Positions 36,660-38,193 of a stretch of DNA of 38,193 nucleotides are shown piece by piece. Location of the stretch: assembly GCA_002633005.1 (NCBI GenBank), contig NMRA01000621.1, positions 205,824-244,016 of the forward strand. Direction: 5' to 3'. The translations under genes were made by a program, and so were the position numbers. The notes below the pieces were generated by a model that had not been told where the DNA came from, ran no database searches, and saw only the letters and a list, made by a program, of their open reading frames with translations. Numbering within the stretch: the first letter of the stretch is position 1; every line of letters starts with the position of its first letter. The stretch comes from Phoronis australis. Lineage: Eukaryota > Animalia > Phoronida.

Positions 36660-38017
36660 AGAGCGAGGTTTTTCGTGAAAATACGGCATAATGCGTCCAC
36701 ATATAAATATGTGGGCGCATAAAATTGCCACTAGGAGACACACCTGTAGTCGCATCCGTCCGAAAGTTCGCTCATGCCTTCTCAGTGCATGCAAGGAACA
36801 TGTGTGTAAAATTTCATGAACATACGTTGAACGGTTTTGGTGATAGAGCAGCGGACGCTGAAAGGACAGGGACGACGATATAATGCGTCCACATATAAAT
36901 ATTATCATTATAAATATGTGGTCACATAAAATTGCCATTAGGGGGCACACCGGTAGTCAGATCCGTCCGAAAGTGGCATTGTCTGTTGTCAACATTCATA
37001 TAAATACACTTGCTAAATTTAGTAAAGATTTTGCAAGTGATTTAGGAGATACAGACTCGGACGCAAAAAAAACTGCCACTAGGAGGCGACACAGTAGTCA
37101 GAGTCGTCGGAAAATCATCGTCACCCGTCCACTTCACAGTAAAAACATACATGCAAAATTTCACAATTATCCTGAAAGCGGCACGGTTGATAGAGGGTTG
37201 GGCGCCTAAAACAAGACTCAAAGCCAGTAAATACACGTGTGGCCACTAGGTGGCGCAAACTAAGTCGAATCCACCTCACAAACAGAAGCCTGTACATAAA
37301 ATTTTATGAAATTACAATGAGGACCTTTGAAGATACAGAGGTAAACGTAAAAAAACAAAATTGCCACTAGGTGGCAAACCAGTAGTCAGATGTGTCCAAA
37401 AGTCATAGTCGTCCGTTGTCATCATCATATAAATGCAATATCTAAATTTAGTAAAGATCTTCCAAACGGTTTAGGAGTTATAGCCATAGGCGAAAAAAAC
37501 AAAACTGCCTCTAGGAGGCGCCACAGTCGTCGAAGTCGTCGGAAAATCATCGTCAACCGTCGCCTTCATAGTAAAAACATACATGTACATGCCAATTTTC
37601 GCAATCATACTTAGAGCAGTTTGGTTTATAGAGAGGTGGACGCTAAAAAGCAGACTCAAAAACAGTAAAAATGGCCACTAGGTGGCGCAAACTACGTCAA
37701 ATCCATCCGAAACCTGGAGGTTACCTTCGCATCTCTAATGGATGCCTATATCCCAAATTTTGTGAGGACCTTTGAAGATACAGAGGTAAACGTAAAAAAA
37801 ACTAAAATTGCCACTATGAGGCACACCGGTAGTAAGATCCGTCCGAAAGTTTTCTCATGCCGTCCCATCTATGAAAGAAACACATGTGCAAAATTGCATG
37901 AACATACGCCAGTAGGTTTTGGAGATAGAGCAGCGGATGCCGGACGCCAGACTGATGCCGCCTGGACGGAGATGACGGTATAAAGCGTCCACATATAAAT
38001 ATGTGGGGGCATAAAAA
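36660..38017 (+). mobile_element. Compound/tandem HINE-like element with eight CTCF-like cores
   Basis: The hairpin CCACATATAAATATGTGG occurs at ~36697, ~36889 (with an insertion) and ~37989; it ends GGGGGCATAAAAA. Subrepeats are homologous to 3795-4664. Confidence 0.72.
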
Positions 38018-38193
38018 GTCATATTTTTGCCGTCAAATTTCTCGAAAACGTGAACTTTTTAGATTCTTAAAGTATAGTACTTAATGACATTAAGAACTCC
38101 AAAATTATTTTGCCCCCAAAAAGTAGCCACGGAAGTGATTTTCTAGGCTTCCTAGAATCGAATGGATTATGGCCTACCTCTTAAGACAGTGCC

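Noticed and set aside
36306-37983. Several 60-135 aa ORFs
   Set aside because: They lie in or beside non-coding repeat DNA and show no recognisable domain.

Overview
AT-rich metazoan genomic DNA, probably a marine invertebrate, joined across five single-N breaks (1498, 2092, 11827, 27965, 32661). The main feature is an internal part of one large minus-strand spliced gene: 14 GT-AG exons from 25798 down to 4730, about 1,600 codons. It encodes a predicted extracellular protein with a calcium-binding EGF domain, further EGF/Cys-rich modules and many FN3/Ig-like repeats (DxT/SPP, GTTPGxxD, SDGVxVD motifs). No start or stop exon is visible, and the exon phases clash across the N at 11827, so exons are missing. 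Introns and flanks are rich in repeats: four copies of a Helentron/HINE-like element carrying co-oriented CTCF-consensus motifs, a Penelope GIY-YIG relic with a hammerhead-ribozyme fold, a CR1-type LINE 3' end, an intron-containing Sola3-like transposase relic, a MITE with a 5-bp TSD, a 31-bp minisatellite made of copies of a splice acceptor, and a palindromic 21-bp minisatellite. Two haplotype-like duplications sit at N joins; comparing the copies shows TA->TACATGTA gains that look like Tc1/mariner excision footprints. All family assignments come from motif recognition, not database searches.
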